51,691 nt of DNA from a phage. Below the pieces are notes generated by a model, which made no database searches, was not told the DNA's origin, and was given only the letters and a program-made list of their open reading frames with translations. Location of the stretch: the sequence record OZ346160.1. The stretch is one strand, 5' to 3'. Shown piece after piece: positions 1 through 10,106 of this stretch (positions are counted from its first letter, which is position 1; each line of letters starts with the position of its first letter). A program made the translations under genes and the position numbers.

Positions 1-1569
1 ATGATCATATGGGAAGATTTGACGGCGGCGCAAAAGCGAGCCATTAAAGAAATCAGTGAGCATTCATTCGAAAAGATGATCAGAATCTGGTTCCAATTAT
101 TGCAGGGGCAGAAATTCCAGAGCAACTGGCATTTTAGCTTATTGTGCAGTGAGGTAGAGAAGATCATCAATGGAGAGTCGCAGAATGTGATTTTCAACAT
201 TACGCCAGGTAGCGGCAAGACTGAGATTTTCTCGATCCACATGTCACCCTACGCGTCATTGAAAAGCCGGAAAGTGAGAAACCTTAACCTTTCGTTTAGT
301 GATGGCCTTGTCCAGCAAAACAGCAACCGGATAAAGGAGATTATCGGTTCTCCTGAGTGGCAAGAGCTATGGCCTGGAAAACTGGCAAAGGCGAGCGCTA
401 AAGATCTGATAGTCACCGAAGGCGGCAAGGTTAAATTGCAAGTTAACTCACGTTCTATTGGCGGCCAGGTAACAGGTTTGCGTGGCGGCTATATGGATGA
501 TGGTTTTACTGGTATGCTGGTTCTTGACGATCCAGACAAGCCGGATGATATGCTTTCTAAGGTCAAGCGCGAGGCTATTCACATGCGGTTAAAAAACACA
601 GTGCGATCGCGTCGAATGAAAGACACCACGCCAATTGTTATGGTGCAACAGCGACTACACGTTAATGATTCCACCTGGTTCATGCTTAATGGCGGGATGG
701 GTGGTATTGAGTTTAAAGTCGTGAGCATTCCGGCGCTGGTTACGAAAGAATACCGCGAAACGCTTCCTGATTGGTTGAAGCCTGAATTTGATCGTGATGT
801 GCTGTCAAGTAAGCCAGTGATGATAGATGGCGTCGCTCATTATTCATTTTGGCCTGCGAAGGAAAGCGCGGAGGAGTTGCTTGCATTGCGCAATGCAGAT
901 CCTTACACGTTTGCCAGTCAATACCAACAGCAACCAATCGCGCTTGGCGGGAACGTGTTTAAAACAGAGTGGTTCCAGTATTACGGCAGCGGCGAAAAGT
1001 GCGCACTACCAAAACCGGATCGCTTTGAATACACATTTATTACTGGAGATACCGCGCAGAAGGCCGGAGAGCTTAACGACTATTCAGTTTTTTGTTATTG
1101 GGGGATGTATAAGAATCGCGTTTACTTCATTGATGGCATTCGCGGAAAGTGGGAAGCGCCGGATCTTGAATTAAATTTTATTGCCTTCGTTAACCAGTGC
1201 TGGAAGCGCAATAAGGAGTGTGGCAGCTTGCGACGTATCCACATTGAGGATAAGGCCAGCGGCACTGGTTTGATTCAGGGGGCCAAAAAGAAGATCCCGA
1301 TTGATATAAATCCCGTTCAGCGAAGCAATGACAAGGTAACGCGAGCAATGGACGCCGCGCCAGTGATGAGGGCCGGACGTGTGGCGCTGCCAGAAAATCA
1401 CCCCATGCTGCCTGAGATACTGGCAGAGGTTGCAGCATTCACTTTTGATGATTCTCATCCCCATGATGATATTGTCGATAATATAGTTGATGCTGTTAAC
1501 GTCGAAATGAACTTGGCAGATGATCCGGTGGCAAGGATGAAAAAGCTGGCTGGTCTACGCAATAAATAG
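1..1569 (+). CDS. terL: terminase large subunit
   Basis: 522-aa ORF beginning at base 1, directly upstream of portal gene; size and position fit a packaging ATPase/nuclease; family call from recall, no search. Confidence 0.75.
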   Translation: MIIWEDLTAAQKRAIKEISEHSFEKMIRIWFQLLQGQKFQSNWHFSLLCSEVEKIINGESQNVIFNITPGSGKTEIFSIHMSPYASLKSRKVRNLNLSFSDGLVQQNSNRIKEIIGSPEWQELWPGKLAKASAKDLIVTEGGKVKLQVNSRSIGGQVTGLRGGYMDDGFTGMLVLDDPDKPDDMLSKVKREAIHMRLKNTVRSRRMKDTTPIVMVQQRLHVNDSTWFMLNGGMGGIEFKVVSIPALVTKEYRETLPDWLKPEFDRDVLSSKPVMIDGVAHYSFWPAKESAEELLALRNADPYTFASQYQQQPIALGGNVFKTEWFQYYGSGEKCALPKPDRFEYTFITGDTAQKAGELNDYSVFCYWGMYKNRVYFIDGIRGKWEAPDLELNFIAFVNQCWKRNKECGSLRRIHIEDKASGTGLIQGAKKKIPIDINPVQRSNDKVTRAMDAAPVMRAGRVALPENHPMLPEILAEVAAFTFDDSHPHDDIVDNIVDAVNVEMNLADDPVARMKKLAGLRNK

Positions 1570-1595
1570 CACTAATTGCTAAAAAGTTATATAAT
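1565..1595 (+). promoter_or_regulatory. conserved intergenic cassette copy (variant AATAGCACTAATTGCTAAAAAG + TATAAT)
   Basis: Motif overlaps terL stop TAG; TATAAT at 1590..1595; followed by hairpin and T-run. Confidence 0.5.
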
Positions 1596-1596
1596 C

Positions 1597-1625
1597 AAGG
1601 CTGGATTTTTCCAGCCTTTTTTATT
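1597..1625 (+). terminator. rho-independent terminator/attenuator between terL and portal
   Basis: AAGGCTGG-attttt-CCAGCCTT followed by T-run. Confidence 0.55.
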
Positions 1626-1639
1626 ATGGAGATTTGACG

Positions 1640-2932
1640 ATGAGTGAAAAAACAAGGCTAGTTAAGGCCGATGGATACAACGAGATTTTCAAGGGCAGCA
1701 AGGGCAATGGGCGTGTGGAGTTGCCTTTCTTTATGCAAGGGTTCGAATACACCACGCACGCTGATTTTTACATTCGCGACGGCCTAGCAAAACGAATCAT
1801 CGACGTTGTTCCAGAAGAAATGGTGACGCCTGGATTTAATATTGACGGCGTGGAAGACGAGGAAAGTTTTAGATCTTTGTGGGATGAGAAGCGACTAAAC
1901 GATAAAATCATTGATGCGCTTTGCTGGTCGCGTCTTTTTGGTGGCGCTGCAATCGTGGCAATCGTTCAGGATGGCAGGGCATTAAAGTCACCTGTAGCGC
2001 CTGGTGCAATCCTTGAAGATGTTCGCGTTTACGATCGCTTTCAGGTTCGCGTAGAAAAGCGAGAAACCAATCCGCGCAAGGTGCGATATGGTGAGCCATT
2101 GATTTACACCATTACACCTGGTGCTGACCTGCCAGAATACCAGGTTCACTATTCGCGAGTCTGTATTATCGACGGTGAGCGGCTACCAAATCAGCGACGT
2201 CAGTCAAATGATGGTTGGGGTGAGTCGATCCTGAATAAGCGACTTGTTGAGGCCATTTGTGATTATAACTACTGCGAAAACTTAGCAACTCAATTGTTGC
2301 GACGTAAGCAACAGGCGGTATGGAAAGCTAAAGGTCTTGCTGATCTTTGTGATGATGATGATGGTGTTAACGCCGCACGTTTGCGCCTTGCTCAAGTTGA
2401 TGATGAGGGTGGAGTTGGCCGTGCGATCGGCATTGATGCGGAAGATGAGGAATATGATGTTTTAAATTCTGATATTTCCGGCGTCGATTCATTTCTGGAA
2501 AAGAAGATGGATCGCATTGTATCTCTTTCCGGTATCCATGAAATCATCCTCAAAAACAAGAACGTTGGCGGTGTTAGCGCGAGCCAAAACACGGCGCTTG
2601 AAACCTTCTACAAGCTGATCGACAGAAAGCGAAAGGAAGAATACAAACCAATCCTTGAATTTCTGATCCCGTTCCTGATTCAAGAACAAGAATGGAGTAT
2701 TCAGTTTGCGCCGTTAAGCGTTCCAAGCGAAAAGGACCAGGCCGAGATCTTGAACAAGAATATTGATTCTTTGAGCAAGGCTATTGACGGTCAATTCATG
2801 GATACAGAGGAGGCGCGCGACACATTGCGAGCCATTGCGCCTAACGTTAAACTAAAAGACGGCAATAACATTAAATTACCTGAGCAGGACGTAGAGCCGG
2901 AGCCAGGAGCAACCGAGGGTAGCAATCAATGA
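1640..2932 (+). CDS. portal protein
   Basis: 430-aa ORF after terL; GGAG RBS about 8 nt upstream of ATG at 1640 (track start 1634 is a TTG); stop overlaps next start (ATGA). Confidence 0.75.
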   Translation: MSEKTRLVKADGYNEIFKGSKGNGRVELPFFMQGFEYTTHADFYIRDGLAKRIIDVVPEEMVTPGFNIDGVEDEESFRSLWDEKRLNDKIIDALCWSRLFGGAAIVAIVQDGRALKSPVAPGAILEDVRVYDRFQVRVEKRETNPRKVRYGEPLIYTITPGADLPEYQVHYSRVCIIDGERLPNQRRQSNDGWGESILNKRLVEAICDYNYCENLATQLLRRKQQAVWKAKGLADLCDDDDGVNAARLRLAQVDDEGGVGRAIGIDAEDEEYDVLNSDISGVDSFLEKKMDRIVSLSGIHEIILKNKNVGGVSASQNTALETFYKLIDRKRKEEYKPILEFLIPFLIQEQEWSIQFAPLSVPSEKDQAEILNKNIDSLSKAIDGQFMDTEEARDTLRAIAPNVKLKDGNNIKLPEQDVEPEPGATEGSNQ

Positions 2933-3684
2933 TAGTGAAAGGCGTCGTTAAACAATGGCGCTTTCCTGAAGCAAGCGAGCGGCAATTGCGCCGCTCAATT
3001 CAGGAGGCGATAAGGGATCTTGTTGTGCTGATGCGCAGCAAAACAAAGGAAATGAAATTTGACGCGGACACCGAAGAAATCAACGCCGCAGAGGATGAGA
3101 TTAGTAGCTTCGCGTTAAAGCTAATAGCTGGCATCGCCGCATCACTTCCGGCTATCGGCCTTGCTGTTTATAAATTCAACGCAAAGCAATTTATTAACGT
3201 AGCGAAATCAACGGGAGGTAAGTCAAATTCCGCTGTTATCATTCTTATGGCTATTGGGGCCAATGCGAATGAGAGTTGGTATAGGACGCTATACGGTCAA
3301 TGGCATGACATGACGATCGCATCTCTTCAAAAGCTATTTGGAAACATCGTGTCTGACTGGTCAACCAATATTAGATCGGCAAACTTTCGCGGAATGAGAG
3401 ATAGTCAGGTTAATGAATTGGCTGGTAAGAGATTTGCAGTGTATAGCTCTTGGGGTAAGACAAGGGCTGAAAATATCATAGGCGCTTGGAATAGTAGACT
3501 CATGCGCCAGCGTCTTTATGATGCAAAAGTAACTCATTATTTTTGGCATGGTATGCTTGATGACAGAGAACGATTGCAGCATGTACAATGGGAGGGTAAG
3601 CGCATTGCGCTAGATTCTGAACATGATTTTCCTGGTGAGCCTTTCGGTTGTCGTTGTTGGGCCATACCAGATTGGAACAGTTAA
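2929..3684 (+). CDS. minor head / head morphogenesis protein
   Basis: 251 aa, translationally coupled to portal; position between portal and scaffold. Confidence 0.5.
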   Translation: MIVKGVVKQWRFPEASERQLRRSIQEAIRDLVVLMRSKTKEMKFDADTEEINAAEDEISSFALKLIAGIAASLPAIGLAVYKFNAKQFINVAKSTGGKSNSAVIILMAIGANANESWYRTLYGQWHDMTIASLQKLFGNIVSDWSTNIRSANFRGMRDSQVNELAGKRFAVYSSWGKTRAENIIGAWNSRLMRQRLYDAKVTHYFWHGMLDDRERLQHVQWEGKRIALDSEHDFPGEPFGCRCWAIPDWNS

Positions 3685-3694
3685 GAGGTGTTAA

Positions 3695-4810
3695 ATGAAG
3701 GCAAAACAAAGATTTGATAGCGCCAAAGTAAAGGCGCACTTTGATGATAACGGGTTTTTAGTTGATCGCCCTATCGTGGCGCGAATTGGTTTACAAGTCT
3801 ATCAGACTCCTTTCGGTGAGCGCAGAGAATTTCGTCCGGCGTCCGAAGTATTCAAGGCCGACTCGCTCGCCACCTTCGCAGGTAAGCCAGTCACGGTTGG
3901 TCACGTCACGGTAACGCCAGAAAACGCCGAAAAGGTTGTGGTTGGTTCTTGTGCTGGCGCTGGCGTGCCGAACGGGATCGGCGTAGAGGTTCCGTTAAGC
4001 ATTTACTCAAAACGAGCAATCGAAAGCGCGAAGAAGCGAGACACGGCGGAAATTTCAGTTGGTTATACATCGGTTGATATTGATAAACCAGGCTGGGGCA
4101 ATAATAAAACTGGTGAGTACGTTTTCGATGAGGATGTTAGCGAAGACTGGAAACCTGATTCTCCTGATTGGGTTAAGTTTGATGCAATCCAGACTGAAAT
4201 CAAGGTAAACCACATCGCGTTAGTTTTCCGAGGTCGAGCTGGCATTGCAAAATTAAACCTTGATAGCCAGCAAGATTTTCCGTATAGTGACGACGTTATT
4301 AACAACAAAGAGGATCAAATCATGACTGTAAAAATTAAACTGGATGGCGCTGTAGAGTTTGACGTGCCAAAAGCAGTTGCGGATCACATTGAATCACTGA
4401 AAGCTGATGCAAAAGCACAGAAAGAAAAGGCGGACGGCCTGGAAGCTGAGCGAGACGCACTGCAAACCAAAGTAGATGGCATTCAGGATCAGATTGATGC
4501 CGCAGTCAAGAAGGCCAAAGAAGATGCCGAGCAATATGCTCAATTAGTGGCAGACGCTAAAGAGTTAGGCATCAAGTGCGACGGCCTGGATGCGAAAGCA
4601 ATCAAGGTTGCATACATCAAAGAAGTTATGGGTAATGACGTTTCCGATAAAACTGATGCCTATATCGAAACAGCTTTCGACATCGCCAAAAACTCTGATA
4701 AAATGGCGGCGCAGCGTAAGAGCATTAAAGGTGACTCTTTCGCGAATGAAAAGCAGGATGACGCAGGTTCTAAGCTGAATCCTAACGCTCGTTTTGAGAA
4801 ACTGAAATAA
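3695..4810 (+). CDS. scaffolding protein (possible prohead protease-scaffold, DUF2213-like)
   Basis: 371 aa with globular N-terminal half and charged coiled-coil C-terminal half (KADAKAQKEKADGLEAERDALQTK); GAGGTG RBS; precedes decoration and capsid genes. Confidence 0.5.
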   Translation: MKAKQRFDSAKVKAHFDDNGFLVDRPIVARIGLQVYQTPFGERREFRPASEVFKADSLATFAGKPVTVGHVTVTPENAEKVVVGSCAGAGVPNGIGVEVPLSIYSKRAIESAKKRDTAEISVGYTSVDIDKPGWGNNKTGEYVFDEDVSEDWKPDSPDWVKFDAIQTEIKVNHIALVFRGRAGIAKLNLDSQQDFPYSDDVINNKEDQIMTVKIKLDGAVEFDVPKAVADHIESLKADAKAQKEKADGLEAERDALQTKVDGIQDQIDAAVKKAKEDAEQYAQLVADAKELGIKCDGLDAKAIKVAYIKEVMGNDVSDKTDAYIETAFDIAKNSDKMAAQRKSIKGDSFANEKQDDAGSKLNPNARFEKLK

Positions 4811-4822
4811 GGAGTAATTAAA

Positions 4823-5302
4823 ATGGCTAAAATTGGAGCAAGTTATTTTGACACTATGGCGATCGCACTACCTGGCATGGTTGCTGACACTTCTAAATAC
4901 AACATTGACGGCGCTTGCGTCGTTAGTGAAGGTGGAGAAATTCTTGTTGGTACTGCCGTGCAGGTTGTCGCAGTGCAAGCGGTTGAAGGTCATAAACTTA
5001 TTAAGCGCATGGAAACAGGAAAATATCCTTACGGTGTGGCAATTCGTTCTCACTGGCAAACTGTTAACTCTCAAGGACAGATGGTTTATGAAGAAGGAAG
5101 CGCAATCAACGTAATGACATCTGGCAGAGTTTGGATTCTTTCAAAGTCCAGCGCAGCACCAGTCTTCGGCACTGCGGTTAAACTTGATGTTGATGGTCAT
5201 GAAAAATCAGACGGCACAATCACTACTAACTGGACCTACGCTGGCGGATTTGTCAAATATAAAGATATTAATCTTGTAGAAGTTCAGTTGCAGCAACTGT
5301 AA
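4823..5302 (+). CDS. head decoration-like protein (DUF2190-like)
   Basis: 159 aa; paralogous to N-terminal 150 aa of next ORF (shared YNIDGACV, SHGRVW, AGGFVK motifs); AGGAG RBS; followed by terminator. Confidence 0.5.
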   Translation: MAKIGASYFDTMAIALPGMVADTSKYNIDGACVVSEGGEILVGTAVQVVAVQAVEGHKLIKRMETGKYPYGVAIRSHWQTVNSQGQMVYEEGSAINVMTSGRVWILSKSSAAPVFGTAVKLDVDGHEKSDGTITTNWTYAGGFVKYKDINLVEVQLQQL

Positions 5303-5317
5303 TTAGAGTTTAATATT

Positions 5318-5349
5318 GGGGCCATCCTTTTGGATGGTCCTTTTTTTTA
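5318..5349 (+). terminator. rho-independent terminator
   Basis: GGCCATCC-tttt-GGATGGTCC followed by T9. Confidence 0.6.
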
Positions 5350-5362
5350 TGGAGAAATTATT

Positions 5363-6376
5363 ATGGCTTATGAAAATTTAATGCTGAACTATGCATGTCC
5401 TGGCAATCTCTCTGATACTTCAACCTATAACATTGATGGCGCTTGTGTTGCTCAAGGTGATATTGAGTTTGGATCAGCGGTTCGGGTTGTCGGAATAGTG
5501 GATGGAATGAGGGTTGTGACGGCGCTTTCTGATGGTGAAACTCCTTACGGCATCGCTTTTCGTTCACAATATGAGCACCTGAGCGGTAAAATTCTCGACG
5601 GAGAGGTGTGTAACGTCGTTTCTCACGGTCGGGTGTGGGCGCTTACTTCTCTTAGTGAAGCCCCGAAATCATTCTCAAAACTAAAAATCGGTGTTGGAGG
5701 AGTAGTAACTGGCGTAGATGATTATGTTGGCTGGACCTTTGCTGGTGGCTTTGTTAAGCACGAAGACGGTCACATTATTGAGGTTCAGGTGAAGCAAAAT
5801 GCTCTCATCGTTCCACCCCCTCCGCCTCCTGTGGTGCTGGTAGAGTCTGCAACAATTAACACTGACAAGGAGAGTCCGCAGCCAAACAATGCTCCCGTAA
5901 AATGCAGTATCACAGTAGAGCCTGGCAACGCCACCGATAAAACTGGTGTTTGGTCTGTTGATGCTGTAAACATTGCGACTATTGATGCCGATACCGGTAT
6001 TCTAACTCCTGTTGGTGGTGATGCATTCGGTAGTGTAAACGTAAGTTGGACGGCTAACGATGCAAGCAAGACTAAGGCCACGATTGTTTATCAATTCGAA
6101 AAAGCTGTTGTTAGCGTCGCTAGTGCAACCGTAAGCCTTGAGAAAAATTCTGCAATTGTTGGTGAAACCGTTCAGGCGAGCGTTGTCGTTGCTCCAGAAG
6201 ATGCTACCAATAAATCCGGTTCTTGGTCTTTGTCAAGTGGTGATTTTGCATCTGTAGATCCTGGTACTGGACTAGTAACTACTATCGCCGCTGGCGAGGT
6301 TGATGTTATCTGGACCGCTGCTGATGGTTCTGGCGTTAAAGGTCAGCAAAGACTAACCATTACCGATCCTGAATAA
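5363..6376 (+). CDS. head decoration-like protein with poly-Pro linker and two Ig-like (Big_2-type) C-terminal domains
   Basis: Start taken at MAYENL (GGAG RBS 9 nt upstream); N-terminal domain paralogous to 4823..5302; PPPPPP linker; two similar repeats of about 90 aa rich in T/S/V. Confidence 0.5.
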   Translation: MAYENLMLNYACPGNLSDTSTYNIDGACVAQGDIEFGSAVRVVGIVDGMRVVTALSDGETPYGIAFRSQYEHLSGKILDGEVCNVVSHGRVWALTSLSEAPKSFSKLKIGVGGVVTGVDDYVGWTFAGGFVKHEDGHIIEVQVKQNALIVPPPPPPVVLVESATINTDKESPQPNNAPVKCSITVEPGNATDKTGVWSVDAVNIATIDADTGILTPVGGDAFGSVNVSWTANDASKTKATIVYQFEKAVVSVASATVSLEKNSAIVGETVQASVVVAPEDATNKSGSWSLSSGDFASVDPGTGLVTTIAAGEVDVIWTAADGSGVKGQQRLTITDPE

Positions 6377-6395
6377 CATAAAAACGCTTTGACGC

Positions 6396-6414
6396 TTTAA
6401 CAAAAAGTGCTATC
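6396..6414 (+). promoter_or_regulatory. conserved motif, inverted orientation, embedded in sigma70-like promoter upstream of major capsid gene
   Basis: TTTAACAAAAAGTGCTAT lies between TTGACG (6388..6393) and TATCAT (6410..6415), 16-nt spacer. Confidence 0.45.
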
Positions 6415-6457
6415 ATCTAGGCCGTTACATTTAACGGCCTTTTATGGAGGAAACAAA

Positions 6458-7429
6458 ATGGCTAAAAAATACGATGAATTAGATGCTACTATTGTAGCAA
6501 ATCATTTGCAGATTCAGGGTGTTAAGTCCGACGCTTCTGATATGGGTATTTGGACCGCTCAAGAGCTACACAAGATCCGCTCTAACGCATACGAGAAAGA
6601 GTATCCGGCAGGTTCCGCGCTTCGCGTATTCCCTGTAACAAACGAGCTTTCTGATACTGACAAGACTTTCGAATATCAGACTTTTGATAAGGTTGGCTAC
6701 GCGAAAATTATCGCCGACTACACCGATGATCTGCCAACTGTGGACGCGCTGATGACTTCTGAGTTTGGCAAAGTGTTCCGCCTGGGTAACGCTTATCTGA
6801 TCTCCATTGATGAGATTAAAGCAGGTCAGCGAACTGGCAAGAGCCTGTCAACTCGCAAGGCTAACGCTGCGCAAAATGCGCATGATCAGATGATTAACTT
6901 CCTGGTGTTCAAAGGTTCCAAGCCTCATAAGATCGTTTCCGTTTTCGATCATCCTAACCTTACGAAAATTGCATCCAAAGGCTGGATGAGCAATGACGGC
7001 AATACCAAGTTCCCACAGGTAGCAAGCGATGAACTGGAGGCTGCAATCGAAACGATCGAGGAAGTGACCAAAGGCCAGCACCGCGCGACCAACATCCTGA
7101 TCCCGCCGTCCATGCGTAAAGTCCTAACGGTTCGAATGGAAAATACCACTGAAAGTTATCTTGAATACTTTCAGAAGCAAAACGGCGGTATCACTATCGA
7201 CTCTATCGCAGAGCTTGAGGATATTGACGGCAAAGGTACGAAAGGTTGCTTGGTTTACGAAAAAGATCCAATGAACATGAGCATTGAGATTCCAGAAGCG
7301 TTTAACATGCTTCCGGCGCAGCCAAAAGACCTGCATTTCAAGGTTCCTTGCACTTCCAAGTGTACTGGCCTTACGATTTATCGTCCGTTTACGATGGTGC
7401 TTATTACTGGCTTGAAAAAAGCTGAGTAA
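6458..7429 (+). CDS. major capsid protein
   Basis: 323 aa from MAKKYDELD with GGAGG RBS; follows scaffold and decoration genes; strong terminator downstream. Confidence 0.7.
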   Translation: MAKKYDELDATIVANHLQIQGVKSDASDMGIWTAQELHKIRSNAYEKEYPAGSALRVFPVTNELSDTDKTFEYQTFDKVGYAKIIADYTDDLPTVDALMTSEFGKVFRLGNAYLISIDEIKAGQRTGKSLSTRKANAAQNAHDQMINFLVFKGSKPHKIVSVFDHPNLTKIASKGWMSNDGNTKFPQVASDELEAAIETIEEVTKGQHRATNILIPPSMRKVLTVRMENTTESYLEYFQKQNGGITIDSIAELEDIDGKGTKGCLVYEKDPMNMSIEIPEAFNMLPAQPKDLHFKVPCTSKCTGLTIYRPFTMVLITGLKKAE

Positions 7430-7440
7430 TTAGATAACAT

Positions 7441-7468
7441 GGGGAGCCTTAAGGGTTCCCCTTTTTTA
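7441..7468 (+). terminator. rho-independent terminator after major capsid gene
   Basis: GGGGAGCC-ttaa-GGGTTCCCC followed by TTTTTTA. Confidence 0.6.
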
Positions 7469-7485
7469 TTTATGGAGTACACAAA

Positions 7486-7752
7486 ATGAGCAAAAATTTA
7501 AAACTTAAAGTAACTGGCGTTTGCATGATTATTATGGACGGTAAGCGTTATCATCCTGGTGATGAAATTGAAATTGAATCTGAACGCATTAATGATTCCG
7601 CAGTTGAATACCTGATCGCTCGCGGTGATGTGGAAGTTAAAGACAATTCCGAAATTAACGAGCAAATCAAGGCGAAAGCGGAGAAGAAGCGCAAAAAAGA
7701 TCCTACCGAGGGTAAGAGCCGCAAAGAGCTAGAGGACGGCGGCGAATATTAA
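7486..7752 (+). CDS. hypothetical protein (head module)
   Basis: 88-aa ORF with GGAG RBS; lysine-rich C-terminus. Confidence 0.45.
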   Translation: MSKNLKLKVTGVCMIIMDGKRYHPGDEIEIESERINDSAVEYLIARGDVEVKDNSEINEQIKAKAEKKRKKDPTEGKSRKELEDGGEY

Positions 7753-7798
7753 TAATTGGGGCGCTTATGCGCCCTTTGTCACATCTGGAGAAAACAAA

Positions 7799-8218
7799 AT
7801 GGTAGATGAATTTTACACAGACGCTGAAATCATGCAGCAAATCGTAAAGTTAGCGCCGCCAATGCAACAAGTTGATCCCGATTTAATTGTGGCATGGATT
7901 GAGCTTGCTAAAGAGTTTGTTTGCAAAAAGCGGTTTAAAAACTCATACCCGAAAGCGGTTGCGCTTTACACTCTTCACCTTATGACCTTAGACGGGGCAA
8001 TGAAACAGGAAGGTGAAAGCGTAGAAAGCTATTCCCGCCGCGTTGCCTCGTTCACTCTGACTGGTGAGTTTAGTCAGACGTTTGATCGAATTTCTTCCGA
8101 TACAAGCGGAAAGCAGATCCGACAAACTCCGTGGGGCAAAATGTACGAAGTGTTAAACCGTAAGCACGGTGGCGGCTTTGGCCTTGTGACTGGATTGCGC
8201 CGGAGATGCTGCCGATGA
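7799..8218 (+). CDS. head-tail connector / adaptor protein (putative)
   Basis: 139 aa; position between capsid and tail genes. Confidence 0.4.
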   Translation: MVDEFYTDAEIMQQIVKLAPPMQQVDPDLIVAWIELAKEFVCKKRFKNSYPKAVALYTLHLMTLDGAMKQEGESVESYSRRVASFTLTGEFSQTFDRISSDTSGKQIRQTPWGKMYEVLNRKHGGGFGLVTGLRRRCCR

Positions 8219-8586
8219 ACTACAATGAGATTGCAAGAATGGCTACGGCTGGGATTAACTTTTTCAGCGACGCTAACGGTATGTTTAAGTGCATCACGCA
8301 GCAGGGAGGGGTTGAGATTATCGGAGGAGAGGAAGTTACCAAGCCGGAGATTTCAGTGATGATAAAGGGGCTTGTTAGATCTCCGAGGACTAGAGAGGTT
8401 GACGGTGAAACAATCCGAGTAACCGACAAGTTGGGGATATTCACCAATGAAACTGAGATCAAAAATGGTTATCAGATTGAAATTGATGGCGAACGTTATG
8501 TTGTCGTTGAAGCAAGACCAGTCAGGCAGACTAACATCACGGCGGCTTATCGTCCGATATTAAGGAGGATTGCTGTGCATGGCTGA
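8206..8586 (+). CDS. head closure / head-tail joining protein (putative)
   Basis: 126 aa; overlaps neighbours in coupled arrangement. Confidence 0.4.
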   Translation: MLPMNYNEIARMATAGINFFSDANGMFKCITQQGGVEIIGGEEVTKPEISVMIKGLVRSPRTREVDGETIRVTDKLGIFTNETEIKNGYQIEIDGERYVVVEARPVRQTNITAAYRPILRRIAVHG

Positions 8587-9022
8587 TAATTATAAGATCA
8601 GGGAATTTCACGGTGATATAAGCAGGTGGATTGATTCAGTAAGCAGCGGCCTTGTTGATTGCGTTGAAATGTTCGCGACAAACGTCCACGAGGATCTTGT
8701 AAATCGCTCGCCAGTTGATACGGGCCGATATAAAGCCAACTGGCAGATAACAGCAAACAAGCCGCCGCTATATGCGCTCAACCAATACGATCGCGATGGT
8801 AGTAAAACCATTGCAGAAGGCAAGCGAGCAATATATGCAATCATGCGTGGCGGTGGCGCGGTGCGGTCAATCTATTTTTCAAACATGCTCATTTACGCCA
8901 ACGCGCTTGAATACGGTCATTCAAAACAAGCGCCGTCCGGCGTACTTGGAATCGTGGCGGTAAAGCTGCGATCTTATATGGCTAAGGCAATAAAGGATTC
9001 GAGGGCAAAAAATGCACTATGA
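8579..9022 (+). CDS. tail component, HK97 gp10-like (putative)
   Basis: Start taken at MADNYK; size and position typical. Confidence 0.4.
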   Translation: MADNYKIREFHGDISRWIDSVSSGLVDCVEMFATNVHEDLVNRSPVDTGRYKANWQITANKPPLYALNQYDRDGSKTIAEGKRAIYAIMRGGGAVRSIYFSNMLIYANALEYGHSKQAPSGVLGIVAVKLRSYMAKAIKDSRAKNAL

Positions 9023-9413
9023 TTTAATGTTGGCGGCAAGAAAGGCGCTGGCGGCTGAATATGAATCACGATTTAAGATAGCATATGAAAACGTTGATTT
9101 TGTGCCGCCTGGAGATGGTTCTATGTGGTTAAAATTTGACTACATGGAAGCAGACACGGATCGCATATCTCTTGATAGAAAATGTGTTTCTTATATCGGT
9201 TTGGTTCAGGTTGGAATTGTCATTCCTCCTGGCGGCGGCACTGATAAAGCGCGTTTGCTGGCTAAAGAGATTGCGAGATTTTTCTATGATGGTAGAATGA
9301 TTGAAACTGGCTATATTAGCGAGGGGGCAAACGTCCACACATTACTAAAAAGTGAAACAGGTTGGTTATTGCCGATCCGTTTCAGTGTTAGGCTTGATAC
9401 AAAGGAGGAATAA
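9012..9413 (+). CDS. tail terminator / tail completion protein (putative)
   Basis: 133 aa immediately upstream of major tail protein. Confidence 0.4.
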   Translation: MHYDLMLAARKALAAEYESRFKIAYENVDFVPPGDGSMWLKFDYMEADTDRISLDRKCVSYIGLVQVGIVIPPGGGTDKARLLAKEIARFFYDGRMIETGYISEGANVHTLLKSETGWLLPIRFSVRLDTKEE

Positions 9414-9415
9414 TC

Positions 9416-10078
9416 ATGCACTTGCCTAATGGTTCTCAAATTTTCATCGGCGTTAATATGGGTGAGCCTATTCAGGCTACGGCTATTTCAAATGCTGATG
9501 ATCCTGTTTTTACGACTGCAAACACTCAAAGCATCAAAAAAGGCGCTTATGTTCTTATTGAAACATCTTCCTGGGGCAAACTTGTTAGTCGCGTGCTTCG
9601 AGTTAAGGAGGTATCAGATGATGCAAGCGTTACTCTTGAGGGTGTAAGCACGAAAGACACCAATGTTTTTCCGGCTGGTTCTAATACAGCAACTTTCCGA
9701 GAGGTGAAATCTTGGGTAGAGATTCCTTGCGTACAGGATCTTGCGCAGGACGGCGGCGAACAACAGTATTACACTTATCAGTGTTTGGCTGATGACCAGG
9801 AGCAGCAGTTACCGACCTATAAGAGCGCCGTTTCTCTTACCTACACTTTCGCGCATGAATATGATAACCCGATTTATCCGATCTTGCGCGAGGCTGAGGA
9901 ATCCGGCGACGTAACCGCTTTGCGTATGTACGTTCCGAAAGCTAAAGAGATGCGTTGCTGGGCTGGCGTATTGTCCTTTAATGACATTCCGCAAACCACT
10001 ATGAACGAAATGGAAACTGTTTCCCTTTCCGTATCTCTGAAAGGTCGATTTACGTTCTTATCTTCCGACATCAATTAA
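9416..10078 (+). CDS. major tail protein
   Basis: 220 aa; AGGAGG RBS; followed by strong terminator; precedes chaperone and tape measure genes. Confidence 0.6.
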   Translation: MHLPNGSQIFIGVNMGEPIQATAISNADDPVFTTANTQSIKKGAYVLIETSSWGKLVSRVLRVKEVSDDASVTLEGVSTKDTNVFPAGSNTATFREVKSWVEIPCVQDLAQDGGEQQYYTYQCLADDQEQQLPTYKSAVSLTYTFAHEYDNPIYPILREAEESGDVTALRMYVPKAKEMRCWAGVLSFNDIPQTTMNEMETVSLSVSLKGRFTFLSSDIN

Positions 10079-10081
10079 AAC

Positions 10082-10106
10082 AAGGGGCGTTGCGCCCCTT
10101 TTTTCA
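10082..10106 (+). terminator. rho-independent terminator after major tail gene
   Basis: AAGGGGCG-ttg-CGCCCCTT followed by T6. Confidence 0.65.
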
